Counted from the stretch's first letter, positions 1-10,900 are shown. The stretch is DNA of 64,000 bases from an uncultured Muribaculaceae bacterium (GCA_964510535.1 CAZECG010000010.1:3027-67026); one strand, 5' to 3'. The notes: generated from the letters alone by a model not told the origin. Numbers and translations: made by a program.

Positions 1-1
1 G

Positions 2-490
2 GCGGCCACAAACATCATTAGCCGAGAGCTCAACTGCGAAGTGGTCAACATCGGCATCAGCGGCGAAGGCAAAATGGACGGATGCATGGCGAGAGCTATG
101 GCCGGCATCGCCGACGCCGACCTGTTCCTCATCGACCCCGTGCCCAACTGCACCGAGATGATGTGCGACACACTCACCTACGACTTCATCAACATACTGC
201 GCAAAGCGCGTCCCGACGTGCCTATCGTGATGGTCGAAGGCCCCATATATCCCTATGCGCGCTACGACGCCGAGATGGGCGACTATCTGCCCCGCAAAAA
301 CGCCGCTTTCCGCCGCAACTACGAACGACTGAAAGCCGAGAACCCCGTGAACCTCTACTATGTCACGTCAGAGGGGCTCGACGGAGTGGAAGATGACGGC
401 ACCGTCGACGGCATACACCTGACCGACCTCGGTTTCCGACACTACGCCGATAAGCTAATACCCATACTCACACCGCTGATAAACCGATAA
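2..490 (+). CDS. SGNH/GDSL-family hydrolase, C-terminal part (5' end lies outside the window)
   Basis: The frame of ORF 41..490 is open back to the window edge. 'NIGISGEG' resembles the SGNH Gly block, and the C-terminal 'DGIHLTDLGF' fits the Asp-x-x-His block. Confidence 0.6.
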   Translation, partial: AATNIISRELNCEVVNIGISGEGKMDGCMARAMAGIADADLFLIDPVPNCTEMMCDTLTYDFINILRKARPDVPIVMVEGPIYPYARYDAEMGDYLPRKNAAFRRNYERLKAENPVNLYYVTSEGLDGVEDDGTVDGIHLTDLGFRHYADKLIPILTPLINR

Positions 491-554
491 TTCAGCGTCA
501 TCGGTTGCCTATTTCACGAGATTTTGCTATCTTTGTGGGAAAAGTGACAACCCG

Positions 555-2318
555 ATGAGTTCCAACTACATAGTCTCGGCGCGCAAATACCGCCCGTCGA
601 CATTCAACTCAGTTGTAGGCCAGAAGGCTCTCACGGCGACGTTAAAAAACGCCATCGCGACCGACCGTCTGGCCCACGCTTATCTTTTTTGCGGCTCTCG
701 CGGGGTCGGTAAGACTTCCTGCGCCCGCATATTCGCCAAAACCATCAACTGTGAGCACCCAACGCCCGACGGCGACCCCTGCAACGAATGCGAATCATGC
801 AAGGCGTTCAACGAGGGACGCTCGCTAAACATCATCGAGCTTGACGCCGCATCCAACAACGGTGTCGACGATATGCGCGCACTCATCGAGCAAGTGCTCG
901 TGCCTCCGTCGACCGGACGCTACCGCGTGTTCATCATCGACGAGGTGCACATGCTCAGCACACAAGCGTTCAACGCCTTTCTAAAGACACTTGAGGAACC
1001 GCCGGCATACGCCGTATTCATCCTCGCCACCACCGAGAAGCACAAAATCATTCCCACCATCATGTCGCGCTGTCAAATCTACGACTTCAACCGCATCACA
1101 ATCGCCGACATGGTGGACCATCTCGAATATGTCGCACAGCAAGAGGGATACACCGCCGAACGGCAGGCTCTGAGAGTAATAGCTTCAAAAGCCGACGGTG
1201 CCATGCGCGACGCTCTGTCGATTTTCGACCAAGTGGCAGCGTCGTCAAGAGGCGACATCACCTACCGCTCTACCATCGACAACCTCAACGTACTCGACTC
1301 AGCCTACTATTCTCGCCTCGTCGACTGCTTCGCCGCCGCCGACGTGCCCGGCGCGTTGCTAATCTACAAAGAGGTGCGCGACAACGGTTTTGACGCACAC
1401 TTCTTCATCAACGGACTCGGCGGATACCTACGCGACCTCATGGTCGCGCTCAACCCGGCGACTATGGCGTTGCTCGACTATGACGACGAGACAAAAGCCA
1501 CTCTCGCCGCACAAGCCGCGAAATGCACCCCGCAGTTCTTCTACTCGGCCATGAGCCTGTGCAACAGTGCCGACCTCAACTACCGCACAGCGTCAAACAA
1601 AAACTTCCTTGTCGAGCTTCTGCTCATCAAACTGTGCCAACTACTCAGCCCCTCCCACAGCTGTAGCGGCGACGGAGAGGGGCAGTTGAAACCAATCGCC
1701 GCACCCCAACCTTCTCAGACAACCCCCGTCACAAGCCCAACGGCGACAACGCCTGCACCAGCGCCCTCCGCCACACGGACTGAGCTTGCCGCAGCGGAAA
1801 CCGCAGCGAAAGCCCCCGCATCCGTCGGCCTCCCGCCAAGCCCGTCCCCGCGTCGCCACGCCTCATTGTCGCGCGGGCCAAAACTGTCGCTCAAAGCATC
1901 GAAAGCCGCAACCGACGAATCAGCTACCGGCACGAAAGACCGGCACGAGGCTGTGATGTCAAGCCCATTCACCGACGATGATCTCAGAGCCGCTTGGCAC
2001 TCATTCGCCGACAACCATCCAACCGAAAAAATACTGATAAACACCATGCGCTCCGCCGAGCCGGCACCGACAGGCGCGGGCAGCTACAACGTCATGGTCG
2101 AAACCAATATACAGGCCGAGCTTCTAAACAAATTCATGCACGAAATCACCATCTTTTGCCGCAACAAAGTGTCGAACTCATCCGTCACGTTCAGCATATC
2201 GGTCAACGATGGCGTCCCAAGCCCCCACACATGGAACGAGCGCGAGGTGCTGGCACATATGCTGCAGACCCCCGCGTTAAAAGAGTTTGTCAACGCACTC
2301 AACTTATCACTGCTCTAA
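555..2318 (+). CDS. dnaX: DNA polymerase III subunit gamma/tau
   Basis: 587-aa ORF with clamp-loader AAA+ motifs 'GSRGVGKTS' and 'IIDEVHMLS', the 'SRC' motif, the zinc module 'CNECESC', and a Pro/Ala/Thr-rich tau linker. Confidence 0.95.
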   Translation: MSSNYIVSARKYRPSTFNSVVGQKALTATLKNAIATDRLAHAYLFCGSRGVGKTSCARIFAKTINCEHPTPDGDPCNECESCKAFNEGRSLNIIELDAASNNGVDDMRALIEQVLVPPSTGRYRVFIIDEVHMLSTQAFNAFLKTLEEPPAYAVFILATTEKHKIIPTIMSRCQIYDFNRITIADMVDHLEYVAQQEGYTAERQALRVIASKADGAMRDALSIFDQVAASSRGDITYRSTIDNLNVLDSAYYSRLVDCFAAADVPGALLIYKEVRDNGFDAHFFINGLGGYLRDLMVALNPATMALLDYDDETKATLAAQAAKCTPQFFYSAMSLCNSADLNYRTASNKNFLVELLLIKLCQLLSPSHSCSGDGEGQLKPIAAPQPSQTTPVTSPTATTPAPAPSATRTELAAAETAAKAPASVGLPPSPSPRRHASLSRGPKLSLKASKAATDESATGTKDRHEAVMSSPFTDDDLRAAWHSFADNHPTEKILINTMRSAEPAPTGAGSYNVMVETNIQAELLNKFMHEITIFCRNKVSNSSVTFSISVNDGVPSPHTWNEREVLAHMLQTPALKEFVNALNLSLL

Positions 2319-2341
2319 CTCCCGGTTAAGCCTAAAAGGAA

Positions 2342-3079
2342 GTGAAGAAATCTACCCGCACAGCCGTCAAGTTCACGATTGCCACCGTCATTACCGTCGT
2401 GGCTATCGTAGGACTGATTTTGTCGATGGCATCAAAAACGTCCACTACGCCTCTCGACCCGAACCTCCCGGTCAAAGGAGTGGATGTCTCATCCCATAAC
2501 GGCGAGATAGATTTTGACACGCTGCGCAGCCAGGGCATCAGATTCGTCCTCATAAAAGCCACCGAAGGCTCAACTTTCAAAGACCCGTCGTTCCACACCA
2601 ACTACCGCAAAGCACGTCTGTCAGGGCTGAAAATCGGGGCATACCACTTCTTCCGATTCGAGACCCCGGGACACATGCAAGCCATAAATATGCTGAACTC
2701 CGTCAGAGGGCGCGAGCTTGACTTCCCGCTGATTATCGACATCGAAGAATGGGGGAACCCCTACGCCAGACCCACCGACGACATCACCGCCGAGCTTGCA
2801 GCCATGATTAATCACCTGAAATCAGCCGGCTACCCGGTGATGCTCTACACCAACAAAGACGGCCGGACACGCTTTATCAAGGGGCGTTTCGACGACCTGC
2901 CGCTATGGATATGCTCCTTCTCCGACCCCCCGGTCGAAACCGACTGGAAACTTTGGCAATACACCCACAAAGGCGACTTGCGCGGACTTGGCGGTAAAGT
3001 CGACTTAAACGCGTTTGCCGGGACCGACGACGAATTTAATCTGTGGGTCGACTCTCACCGCCCGACGACACAATATTAA
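2342..3079 (+). CDS. Glycoside hydrolase family 25 muramidase with an N-terminal membrane anchor
   Basis: GTG start. Hydrophobic N-terminus 'FTIATVITVVAIVGLILSM' is followed by GH25 blocks 'GVDVSSHNGEIDF', 'FVLIKATEG', 'GAYHFF' and 'LWQYT'. Confidence 0.85.
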   Translation: MKKSTRTAVKFTIATVITVVAIVGLILSMASKTSTTPLDPNLPVKGVDVSSHNGEIDFDTLRSQGIRFVLIKATEGSTFKDPSFHTNYRKARLSGLKIGAYHFFRFETPGHMQAINMLNSVRGRELDFPLIIDIEEWGNPYARPTDDITAELAAMINHLKSAGYPVMLYTNKDGRTRFIKGRFDDLPLWICSFSDPPVETDWKLWQYTHKGDLRGLGGKVDLNAFAGTDDEFNLWVDSHRPTTQY

Positions 3080-3156
3080 GACGGCATTTCACGTTGTTAG
3101 TGGTAGCGGTAATGTGCGCTGACACAACCGCATCTCGTTTTTTAGCACACAATGCA

Positions 3157-6100
3157 ATGAATCTTAAACGCAACATCATTATTCAAAAGATATATCTGTG
3201 CACCGTCGCATTATCGGCCCTGATGCTTGGACGCTTGGACGCTTCAGCTTTCAGCGTCGACACCTATGCCGCATCGTCGGTATTGAGCAGCGGAAAGTGG
3301 GTTAAAATCAGCGTTGCCGAGACCGGCATACATCTGATTTCCGACTCACAACTGCGGTCGTGGGGATTTTCAGACCCGTCAAAAGTCAATGTCTACGGCT
3401 ACGGCGGCCAACGCATCCCCGACGCGCTCACTCTACCCAACTATATCGACGACCTGCCGCAAGTGCAAAGCGTCAAGACTTCTCGCGGACTGTTTTTCTA
3501 TGCCCAAGGCCCTGTCAAATGGGCCTCTGTGCAGACCTCTCACTACATCCCGGCACAGAACCCGTTTTCCACCGTCGGCTACTACTTCCTAAGCGACCGC
3601 GAGGCAACGCCGAGCGACATCCCGGTCATGGAGACCGGAGTGTCATTGACTGAGCCGGCCACATCTTTCACCGACCGCACATTCCACGAAATAGACGAAA
3701 TATCGCCCGGCACCACAGGACACTACCTCGTCGGCGAGGATTTCCGCTACACTCCCTCCAACACCTTCAACTTCGACCTCCCCGACCGCATCGAGGGAAC
3801 CAAGGTGTGGACTCAGGTCAATTTCTTTTCCAAAACCAAAAACCCGTCAAAGATGCTTTACACCGTCAACGGCACACCGTTGACGCAAACCTACGAAGAC
3901 AACATCAGAGGATGCGACATTTCATCGTCTTATGTTCACGGCGCCGATGTCACACTGCGCAAGGAGTTCGACATAAGCGGCAACAAGCTATCGCTCGGGC
4001 TAACCCACTCATCGCCGTCATCATCGGTCATAACGGCGCGGCTCGATTTCATAGCCGTCAATTACACCCGCGCGCTGAAAATGCGCGACGGCAAGCTGGA
4101 ATTCACCCTGCGCACACCCTCTTTCACCCTCGACGGAGCCACCGCCGACACCCATGTATGGGATGTAACCAAACCGCTCGAAATAAGCCAACTCGCCACC
4201 ACCGCCAACGGCAACGCCGTCAGCTGCATCAACCAATACACCGGCTCGCGCAGCTATGTGGCATGGAACGAATCGGCAACCTACCCATCACCCCTGCTCG
4301 TCGGCAACGTGGCCAACCAAGACCTTCACGCAACCGAAGTCCCCGACATGGTGATTTTCACCCTGAGCAACTGGGAATCACAAGCCCAGCGCATAGCCGA
4401 CTATCACCGCCAAGCCGACGGGATGGACGTTATCGTGATTGACCAGGAATCAGTATTCAACGAATTTTCATCGGGAGTGCCTGACGTAAACGGATTCCGC
4501 AAACTGCTGAAAATGTACTGGGATCGCGGCGACACAACCGAAAAGACCCTGCGCTACGCCCTGTTCATGGGACGAGGGGTATTCGACAACCGGCGCCTCA
4601 CTCCGGAAATCAAAGGACTCAGCTACCCGACAATGCCCTCCTGGCAAACCGACACCGGAGCTGACGACAACTCATCATACACCACCGACGACATCTTCGC
4701 CTTTCTCCGCGACGGCTCTGGCACGTCAACATCCTCCGACTACCTCTGCATAGCCGTGGGGCGCATTCCGGCAAAATCAGCCGAAAACGCCCGCGAACTC
4801 GTTGACAAACTGTTGGCTTACAACGAGTCAATGCCCGTCGGCGAGTGGCGCAACCATGTCATGATGGTCGCCGATGATGAAGACTTCGGAGTGCACATGA
4901 CCCAATCGGAAAATATGCTCACTTGGATGGCAAAAACCACCGAAGGAACCGACAACTTCTTTTTCGACAAAGTATATCTCGACGCATACCAGCGCACGGC
5001 TGAGGGATACCCCGACGCCCGCGAGCAAATGTTCAAGCTACTCAATGAGGGAACTATGTGGTGGAACTACATCGGCCACGCCAGCGACCACGGCTGGACT
5101 CATGAGAAATTCCTGACAATGGACGACATCGACAACCTCTATCTGCGTCGCTACCCGGTGTTGTTCGCCTCTACCTGCGACTTCCTCCGCTGGGACCGCG
5201 CGTCGGAATCGGGAGCCGAAGTGATGTTCCACAACAACTCAGGCGGTGTCATTGCCGCAATCAGCGCAACTCGCCCGGTCTACATCTCCGACAACGGCAT
5301 ACTGTCGCTCGCCATAGGCCGCTATATGTTCCGCAGAAACGCCGACGGACAGCTACCCACGCTCGGCGAAATATACCGTAACGCCAAAAACGATATGCGG
5401 CCACTCGTCACTAAAGACGGGGAGACAAGCCTCGGCGATAAGTCAGCAAACACCAATAAGCTGCGCTATGTGCTGATGGGCGACCCGGCCATGAGACTCA
5501 TCGCACCGTCCAACATAGTCAAGCTACACAAAATCAACGGAGTGGAACTTGACCCCGAAAATCCGCCATCGCTGATGGCCCGGCAAGAAGTTACTGTAGA
5601 AGGAGCGATTTACAACCCCGCAGGCGATGCCGTCCTGACCGACTTCAACGGCACGTTGGCTCTGTCGCTCTATGACGCCCAACGCAGCGTGACCACTCTC
5701 GGAAACGGGCAAGACGGAAGTTCAATCGTCTTCGACGAGCAAGGCGACAAACTCCTCACCACCAACGGCGCGGTGACCGGGGGACGGTTCAGCTTCAACA
5801 TCATAATGCCTTCGGAAATAGAGGACAACTACCGCCCCGCAGCCATCAACATGGTCGCGACCTCCGACACCGGGAAGGCGGCACTCGGATGCGAACGGAA
5901 CGTGTACGCCTACGGTAGCGACGACAACGCCGTGCCCGACACCGTGCGCCCGGTCATCGAGAGTTTCTACCTGAACTACTCGACGTTCCGCTCGGGCGAC
6001 AAAGTCAACGCCACGCCTATGGTGCTCGCCAAAATTTCCGATAATCGCGCTCTCAACATATCGACCGCCGGTGTTGGACACCAGATGACCCTTTATCTCG

Positions 6101-6603
6101 ACGAATCTACGACTTTCACCGACGTGTCGAGCTTCTTCACCGTCAGCGGCGAATCGCAGAGAGAAGGCGACATAGCCTATCAGATGGAGAGCCTTCAACC
6201 CGGATACCACACGCTTAAACTCAGAGTGTGGGACACTGCCGGCAACTTCGCCGAAAGCACGATAGAATTCACTGTCGACAACGAACTGGCTCCGAAAATC
6301 TACGATGTCTATTCCGATGCCAACCCCGCATCGGTCGAAGCCAACTTCTACATCACCCACGACCGCCCGGAGGCCACGGTTACGGTGACAATCAGCGTCT
6401 ACAACCTGCTCGGAGCCGAAGTGTGGTCATCGTCAGCGACAGGACGCAGCGATATGTTCAAGTCCGCCCCCGTCAAATGGGACCTCCGCGACAAGGGGGG
6501 GCACCGTGTCACGCGCGGCATTTACCTATACCGGGCTTCAATCACCACCGACGGCGAACAATATGAGACCGCCTCAAAACGCATAGCCGTCACGGGAAAA
6601 TGA
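3157..6603 (+). CDS. porU: Type IX secretion system sortase PorU (peptidase C25 family), copy 1
   Basis: ORF 3043..6603 trimmed to ATG 3157, which removes the overlap with the GH25 gene and gives a signal peptide (MNLKRNIIIQKIYLCTVALSALML). PorU-type blocks present: 'GKWVKISVAETGIHLISDSQLRSWGFSDPSKVNVYGYGG', 'NQDLHATEVPDMVIF', 'QESVFNEFSSGVPD', 'AVGRIPA', His block 'YIGHAS', Cys block 'STCDF', and a C-terminal beta-rich tail. Confidence 0.8.
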   Translation: MNLKRNIIIQKIYLCTVALSALMLGRLDASAFSVDTYAASSVLSSGKWVKISVAETGIHLISDSQLRSWGFSDPSKVNVYGYGGQRIPDALTLPNYIDDLPQVQSVKTSRGLFFYAQGPVKWASVQTSHYIPAQNPFSTVGYYFLSDREATPSDIPVMETGVSLTEPATSFTDRTFHEIDEISPGTTGHYLVGEDFRYTPSNTFNFDLPDRIEGTKVWTQVNFFSKTKNPSKMLYTVNGTPLTQTYEDNIRGCDISSSYVHGADVTLRKEFDISGNKLSLGLTHSSPSSSVITARLDFIAVNYTRALKMRDGKLEFTLRTPSFTLDGATADTHVWDVTKPLEISQLATTANGNAVSCINQYTGSRSYVAWNESATYPSPLLVGNVANQDLHATEVPDMVIFTLSNWESQAQRIADYHRQADGMDVIVIDQESVFNEFSSGVPDVNGFRKLLKMYWDRGDTTEKTLRYALFMGRGVFDNRRLTPEIKGLSYPTMPSWQTDTGADDNSSYTTDDIFAFLRDGSGTSTSSDYLCIAVGRIPAKSAENARELVDKLLAYNESMPVGEWRNHVMMVADDEDFGVHMTQSENMLTWMAKTTEGTDNFFFDKVYLDAYQRTAEGYPDAREQMFKLLNEGTMWWNYIGHASDHGWTHEKFLTMDDIDNLYLRRYPVLFASTCDFLRWDRASESGAEVMFHNNSGGVIAAISATRPVYISDNGILSLAIGRYMFRRNADGQLPTLGEIYRNAKNDMRPLVTKDGETSLGDKSANTNKLRYVLMGDPAMRLIAPSNIVKLHKINGVELDPENPPSLMARQEVTVEGAIYNPAGDAVLTDFNGTLALSLYDAQRSVTTLGNGQDGSSIVFDEQGDKLLTTNGAVTGGRFSFNIIMPSEIEDNYRPAAINMVATSDTGKAALGCERNVYAYGSDDNAVPDTVRPVIESFYLNYSTFRSGDKVNATPMVLAKISDNRALNISTAGVGHQMTLYLDESTTFTDVSSFFTVSGESQREGDIAYQMESLQPGYHTLKLRVWDTAGNFAESTIEFTVDNELAPKIYDVYSDANPASVEANFYITHDRPEATVTVTISVYNLLGAEVWSSSATGRSDMFKSAPVKWDLRDKGGHRVTRGIYLYRASITTDGEQYETASKRIAVTGK

Positions 6604-6639
6604 CCGACACCAATTTTTGCATAATCTGATTATTATGAT

Positions 6640-6647
6640 TATCTTCG
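6640..6647 (+). promoter_or_regulatory. Candidate Bacteroidota -7 box (TATCTTCG, one mismatch to TAnnTTTG) upstream of rex
   Basis: Motif read directly, 32 nt upstream of ATG 6679. Confidence 0.3.
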
Positions 6648-6678
6648 CAGATTAAACCGACACCATAACTGTTTACCG

Positions 6679-7335
6679 ATGGCTGAGACACGTCAAAACC
6701 CAAGAGATTTCCTCCCGGAGCCGGCATTGCGAAGGCTCCCATGGTATTTGGCATACGTCAACCTGTTGAGCGCACGGGACGTTGATTATGTATCGTCGAC
6801 CCAAATAGCCAAAGCGTTAAGCATCGACGCGTCGCAAATAGCCAAGGATTTGTCATTTCTCAACATAAAGGGGAAGACTCGCATAGGCTACGAGGTGGCA
6901 TCGCTCAAAAGCGAGCTGGAATATTTTTTGGGCTTCGGCGAGCAGCACAACGCCGTGATGGTGGGCGTGGGCAGCCTTGGAGCCGCATTAATCCGCGACA
7001 CCGGGCTTTCTCACTACGGACTGAACATAGTGGCCGGATTTGATATAAGCCCCGAAGTGGTCGGAACCTCAATCAACGGGGTGCCCATATACGACATATC
7101 AGAGCTTGAGACACGCCGCCCGCGCCTCAAGGCAGAAATCGGAGTCGTGGCGGTCCCGATTGAATCGGCGCAAGAGACAGCCGACCAGCTCGTCGCGTCG
7201 GGCATCAAAGCATTGTGGAACTTCACCCCGTTCCGCATCCGCGTAGCCGCCGACATCGTGATTCAAAACACTTCAATCTACTCACACTTGGCTGTGATGT
7301 ATAACCGACTCGGCCTCATAGCGCCACAAGACTGA
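6679..7335 (+). CDS. rex: Redox-sensing transcriptional repressor Rex
   Basis: 218 aa. N-terminal winged helix 'LRRLPWYLAYVNLL...VSSTQIAKAL' and a Rossmann 'MVGVGSLGAAL' NADH-binding domain, with typical Rex length and layout. Confidence 0.9.
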   Translation: MAETRQNPRDFLPEPALRRLPWYLAYVNLLSARDVDYVSSTQIAKALSIDASQIAKDLSFLNIKGKTRIGYEVASLKSELEYFLGFGEQHNAVMVGVGSLGAALIRDTGLSHYGLNIVAGFDISPEVVGTSINGVPIYDISELETRRPRLKAEIGVVAVPIESAQETADQLVASGIKALWNFTPFRIRVAADIVIQNTSIYSHLAVMYNRLGLIAPQD

Positions 7336-7874
7336 TGAAAGCTACGCTGATTGACAGAACCGCCGACGAGCCGATGACCGATGGGACGAGAGTAGAGTTT
7401 ATCCCCGACTCGGCCCTGTTGCTTTGCGGCAAACCGTTCTTCATCCCCGAGCTACCCGGCCCGTGGACTGTAACCTACCACTTGGCGTTCCGGGTCTCGC
7501 GACTTGGCAAATCGATAGCCTCACGATTCGCCCACCGCTACTACGACGCGGTAGCGATTGTGGCGAGACCGTCGACACCGGCAGCCGACCCGGTGATTGT
7601 CAGCGCGATGGATGGCGGTCTTATAGTTGGGGAATGGATTCCGTACGACGGCGAAAGCCCCTTGGCGATTTCAATCGGCGACACCGGCATCAACCTATCC
7701 GCGACACAGCTTGAACTCGATGCGGCGACAGCCAGGCTAAGCCGACTGATGACATTCAAGATGGGAGATATAGTGCTGCCACTCCGATTTCCCGTCCGAC
7801 ACGAGTTAAAAATCGGCGACCACATATCAGCGTCACTACAAAATCATAAGTCTCTTGACTTCAACGTAAAATAA
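7335..7874 (+). CDS. Hypothetical protein, weak resemblance to a degenerate fumarylacetoacetate-hydrolase (FAH) fold
   Basis: 179-aa ORF whose ATG overlaps the rex stop (TGATG). 'GKPFFIPE' and 'MGDIVLP' resemble FAH-family blocks, but I could not recognise the metal-binding residues. Confidence 0.4.
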   Translation: MKATLIDRTADEPMTDGTRVEFIPDSALLLCGKPFFIPELPGPWTVTYHLAFRVSRLGKSIASRFAHRYYDAVAIVARPSTPAADPVIVSAMDGGLIVGEWIPYDGESPLAISIGDTGINLSATQLELDAATARLSRLMTFKMGDIVLPLRFPVRHELKIGDHISASLQNHKSLDFNVK

Positions 7875-7953
7875 AGCTCTCAGCATTATCCGACAGACCG
7901 TAAAATCTTTAAGAAACAACCATATAAACATATATTTCCATAAACCGACAAAC

Positions 7954-10900
7954 ATGAAGTTGACCTATCCATACAAAACGTTATCATCGCTTATCGTCTG
8001 CATAACGGCAGGGCTTTGGGCTTACGCTTTCAGCCCGACGCAATACAACTCGGAATCAGTCCTAAAGGAAGGGCATTGGGTTAAAATTAGAGTGTCGGAA
8101 AACGGAATCCACCAGATTACCGATACACAGTTGCGCGAAATGGGGTTCTCCGACCCCAGCAAGGTGACGGTTTACGGCTATGGCGGAGCGGTTATCTCTG
8201 ACAACTCATTCAAAGTTCCGCTATCCAACCCCACAACGCCCGATTGCCATCCGGAAGATTTGCCGCAGATTTACAGCCTTTACAACTCGACCTACGGCAG
8301 GCTTCTGTTCTACGGCGAAAGCAACATACGCCCCGGCATAGGCACCAACTCGACACGCATAGAGAGCATCAACCTCAACAGATACAGCAACTACGGATAT
8401 TACTTCCTTACCGATAGCCAACCGCAGAAATCAGTCCCGAGCTATCCGTTGGCGTCAAACACCAACGACGTTACCACCCACAGCGTGGCGATGATGCGCG
8501 ACATCAATGAGGAAAACCCCACACGCGGGGGTGCGTTCTACTTCAGCAAAGACATCATAGCCAACCCGAATTGGTCGGTGACCTTCGATGTCCAGTCACC
8601 ACTGGCCGAGGAAAACAGCGCGTACTTTTCATATGTCGCAGTGGCCAAACACGATCCACGCCCGCAATTAACCGTAGACATCCCCGAAATCGTTCCGAAA
8701 AAAGGGACGGAAGTGTTGGGCACCGGCACGGCTCAGTCTTCGTCCAGCATCTATTATTCAAGATGCACGGGCTACCTCAAATTCACTCCCGCCGAAGGAG
8801 CCAGCGGCCCATACACATTCTCAATCTCACCCTATCAGTGTTCGCCTTCGTATGCGGCAGTCGATTGGGTGTTCTTCTCCTACAAAAGAGCCAACGACCT
8901 CGCGGGTGAATCGCAGCGACGCATGATTTTCCCCGGATTGCGCAGCGACAGCAGAGTTTATATCGATAACGTCAACATCACCACGGAAGTATGGGATGTC
9001 ACCAACCCATACTATGTGCGCAGATTCAAGACGACACTCGACTCTGATACGCGCCTGATGTTCACCCCCAACCGCAATTACAACACATCGTCTTACCCGG
9101 CTCTCCACGCCATCGCGTTCGACTACGCTAACGGAACATTCCCGACACCTGAGACAATAGGTGTCGTCCCGCCGCAGAACCTCCACGGCATGGCCACCCC
9201 CGACATGGCCATCATCACCACCTCTCTTTGCCGCGAACAAGCCGAAAGGCTCGCACGCCTCCACAGCGAGTACCAAGGATTGACTGTGGCGGTGGTTGAC
9301 CAACAGGAGATATTCAACGAATTTTCATCAGGCACACCAAATGCCATGGCCTACCGTCGCTTCGCCAAGATGCTTTGGGACCGCAACAAAAAGTTCCGCT
9401 ATCTTTTGCTTTTCGGCGAAGGAAGCTATGACAACGCTCGCGTCCAGTTCAAAGGCAACGAACGACTGATGACATATCAGACCGAAGACTATTATCAAGC
9501 CTCAAGCGTCACCACAAACTACTGCGCCGACTCATACTTCGGTATGCTGTCAGACTACTTCACCATCAACGACATCGCTAAGACGCAGATGGATATCGCT
9601 GTCGGCCGCATACCCGCCGCCAGCACAACCGACGCCAAAACCGCTGTCAACAAAATCGAGCGTTACCTCGCGACAGCCTACACACAGCCCTACCGTAACC
9701 GCGCGCTAATCATGGCCGATGACGGCGACCTGAACAAATACGTCATGCAGTCCGACTGCACATCCGACACCATCAAGGCTGCCGCTCCCGCCACTACAAC
9801 GACCAAAGCTTACGTCGGCCTCTATCCCCTTAAGGATTCTCAGGCGCAACAAGCGCGCGAAGTCATAATCAACGCCTTGCAGCAAGGACAGTCGTTTGTA
9901 TGTTATACCGGCCACGGCGGACCCGGCGGACTGACAACGGAAGGTCTTTGGAACCAAATGTATATCAGCAAGACCGAATACCTCTACCCACCGTTTTGGA
10001 TGCTGTCAACTTGCGACACATTCTCGTTTGACCATCTCGACAACGGGTTTAGCGAGCAATTGCTTTACAAGGAAAACGGCGGCGCAATCGCAGTCGTCGG
10101 TGCCGGCCGCACGGTCTACGCTGACTCCAACTATCTGCTCAGCTCGTCAGTAGCCAACGCTTTCTTCTCGGCAAAACCCGGCGACACCGTTGGCGACATA
10201 TTCCGAAACGCCCGCAACATCACACTGACCAAAGCCACCGACACCGCTACCGGCATAAACACACTTTGCTACAATCTCGGGGGCGACCCTGCAATCCCCG
10301 TGTTCCCTCCGAGCTACGAAGTGGTTACGACCGGCATCAACGGCGTAATTCCCGATGATACAACCGCGGCCAGCATCACACCGCTCGCCGACAACACCAT
10401 TTCGGGCGCGGTGATGCTCGACGGACAAGTCGCGACATCGTTCAACGGTGAAGTCACAATTTCAATATACGACGGCCTGGTCACACACCCCCTGAACTAC
10501 TCGATAACCGAAGTTATCAACGACACGCCTGAGACACGGACAATTAATGTCACCACCGACGAACAGTTGCTCACAGAAGTCTGCGTACCCGTCACCGCCG
10601 GACGTTTCTCAACCACCCTCACGGTGCCACGGCCCATGCAACCCGACCAGACAAACAGAGTGACCTATTTCGCCACTAACAGTAGTCGCAATCTCCGCGC
10701 TTCAGGAATCACCTATAATGTCAAAGTGGGCGAATATGACCCCGAGAAAGCCATCACCGACACCGAAGCCCCGGTCATCACCGAGCTATATATCAACGAC
10801 CCGGCATTTGCCGACGGAGATGAAGCCGACACCGAGATTACACTGTTCGCAACCATCGAGGCCGACCGTTCGGGAGTCAACACATCCAACGGCTCTATAG

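Noticed and set aside
1660-1870. Pro/Ala/Thr/Ser-rich low-complexity tract in dnaX, with overlapping ORFs on both strands, considered as a possible frameshift site or separate gene.
   Set aside because: This is the usual disordered tau linker. I saw no A-AAA-AAG-type slippery heptamer in this part of the gene, and the overlapping ORFs are composition artefacts.
3043-3156. 5' extensions of the track ORFs for porU (3043), cvpA (11442), sufC (13482), porV (16917), the RsmI-like gene (27438), murE (35559) and menA (48945).
   Set aside because: The extensions overlap the preceding gene or a terminator and are Arg/Pro/His-rich with no family similarity. Internal starts give canonical N-termini or signal peptides. 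The sufC ATG at 13482 remains a possible alternative because of its ATGA overlap with sufB.
6621-6642. Palindrome ataatc-t-gattat plus a second tgattat 9 nt downstream, upstream of rex, considered as a Rex autoregulatory operator.
   Set aside because: It bears no resemblance to the GTGAA/TTCAC Rex half-sites. It is AT-rich and overlaps the presumed -35 to -10 region, so it could be promoter sequence only. The evidence is too weak to report as a site.
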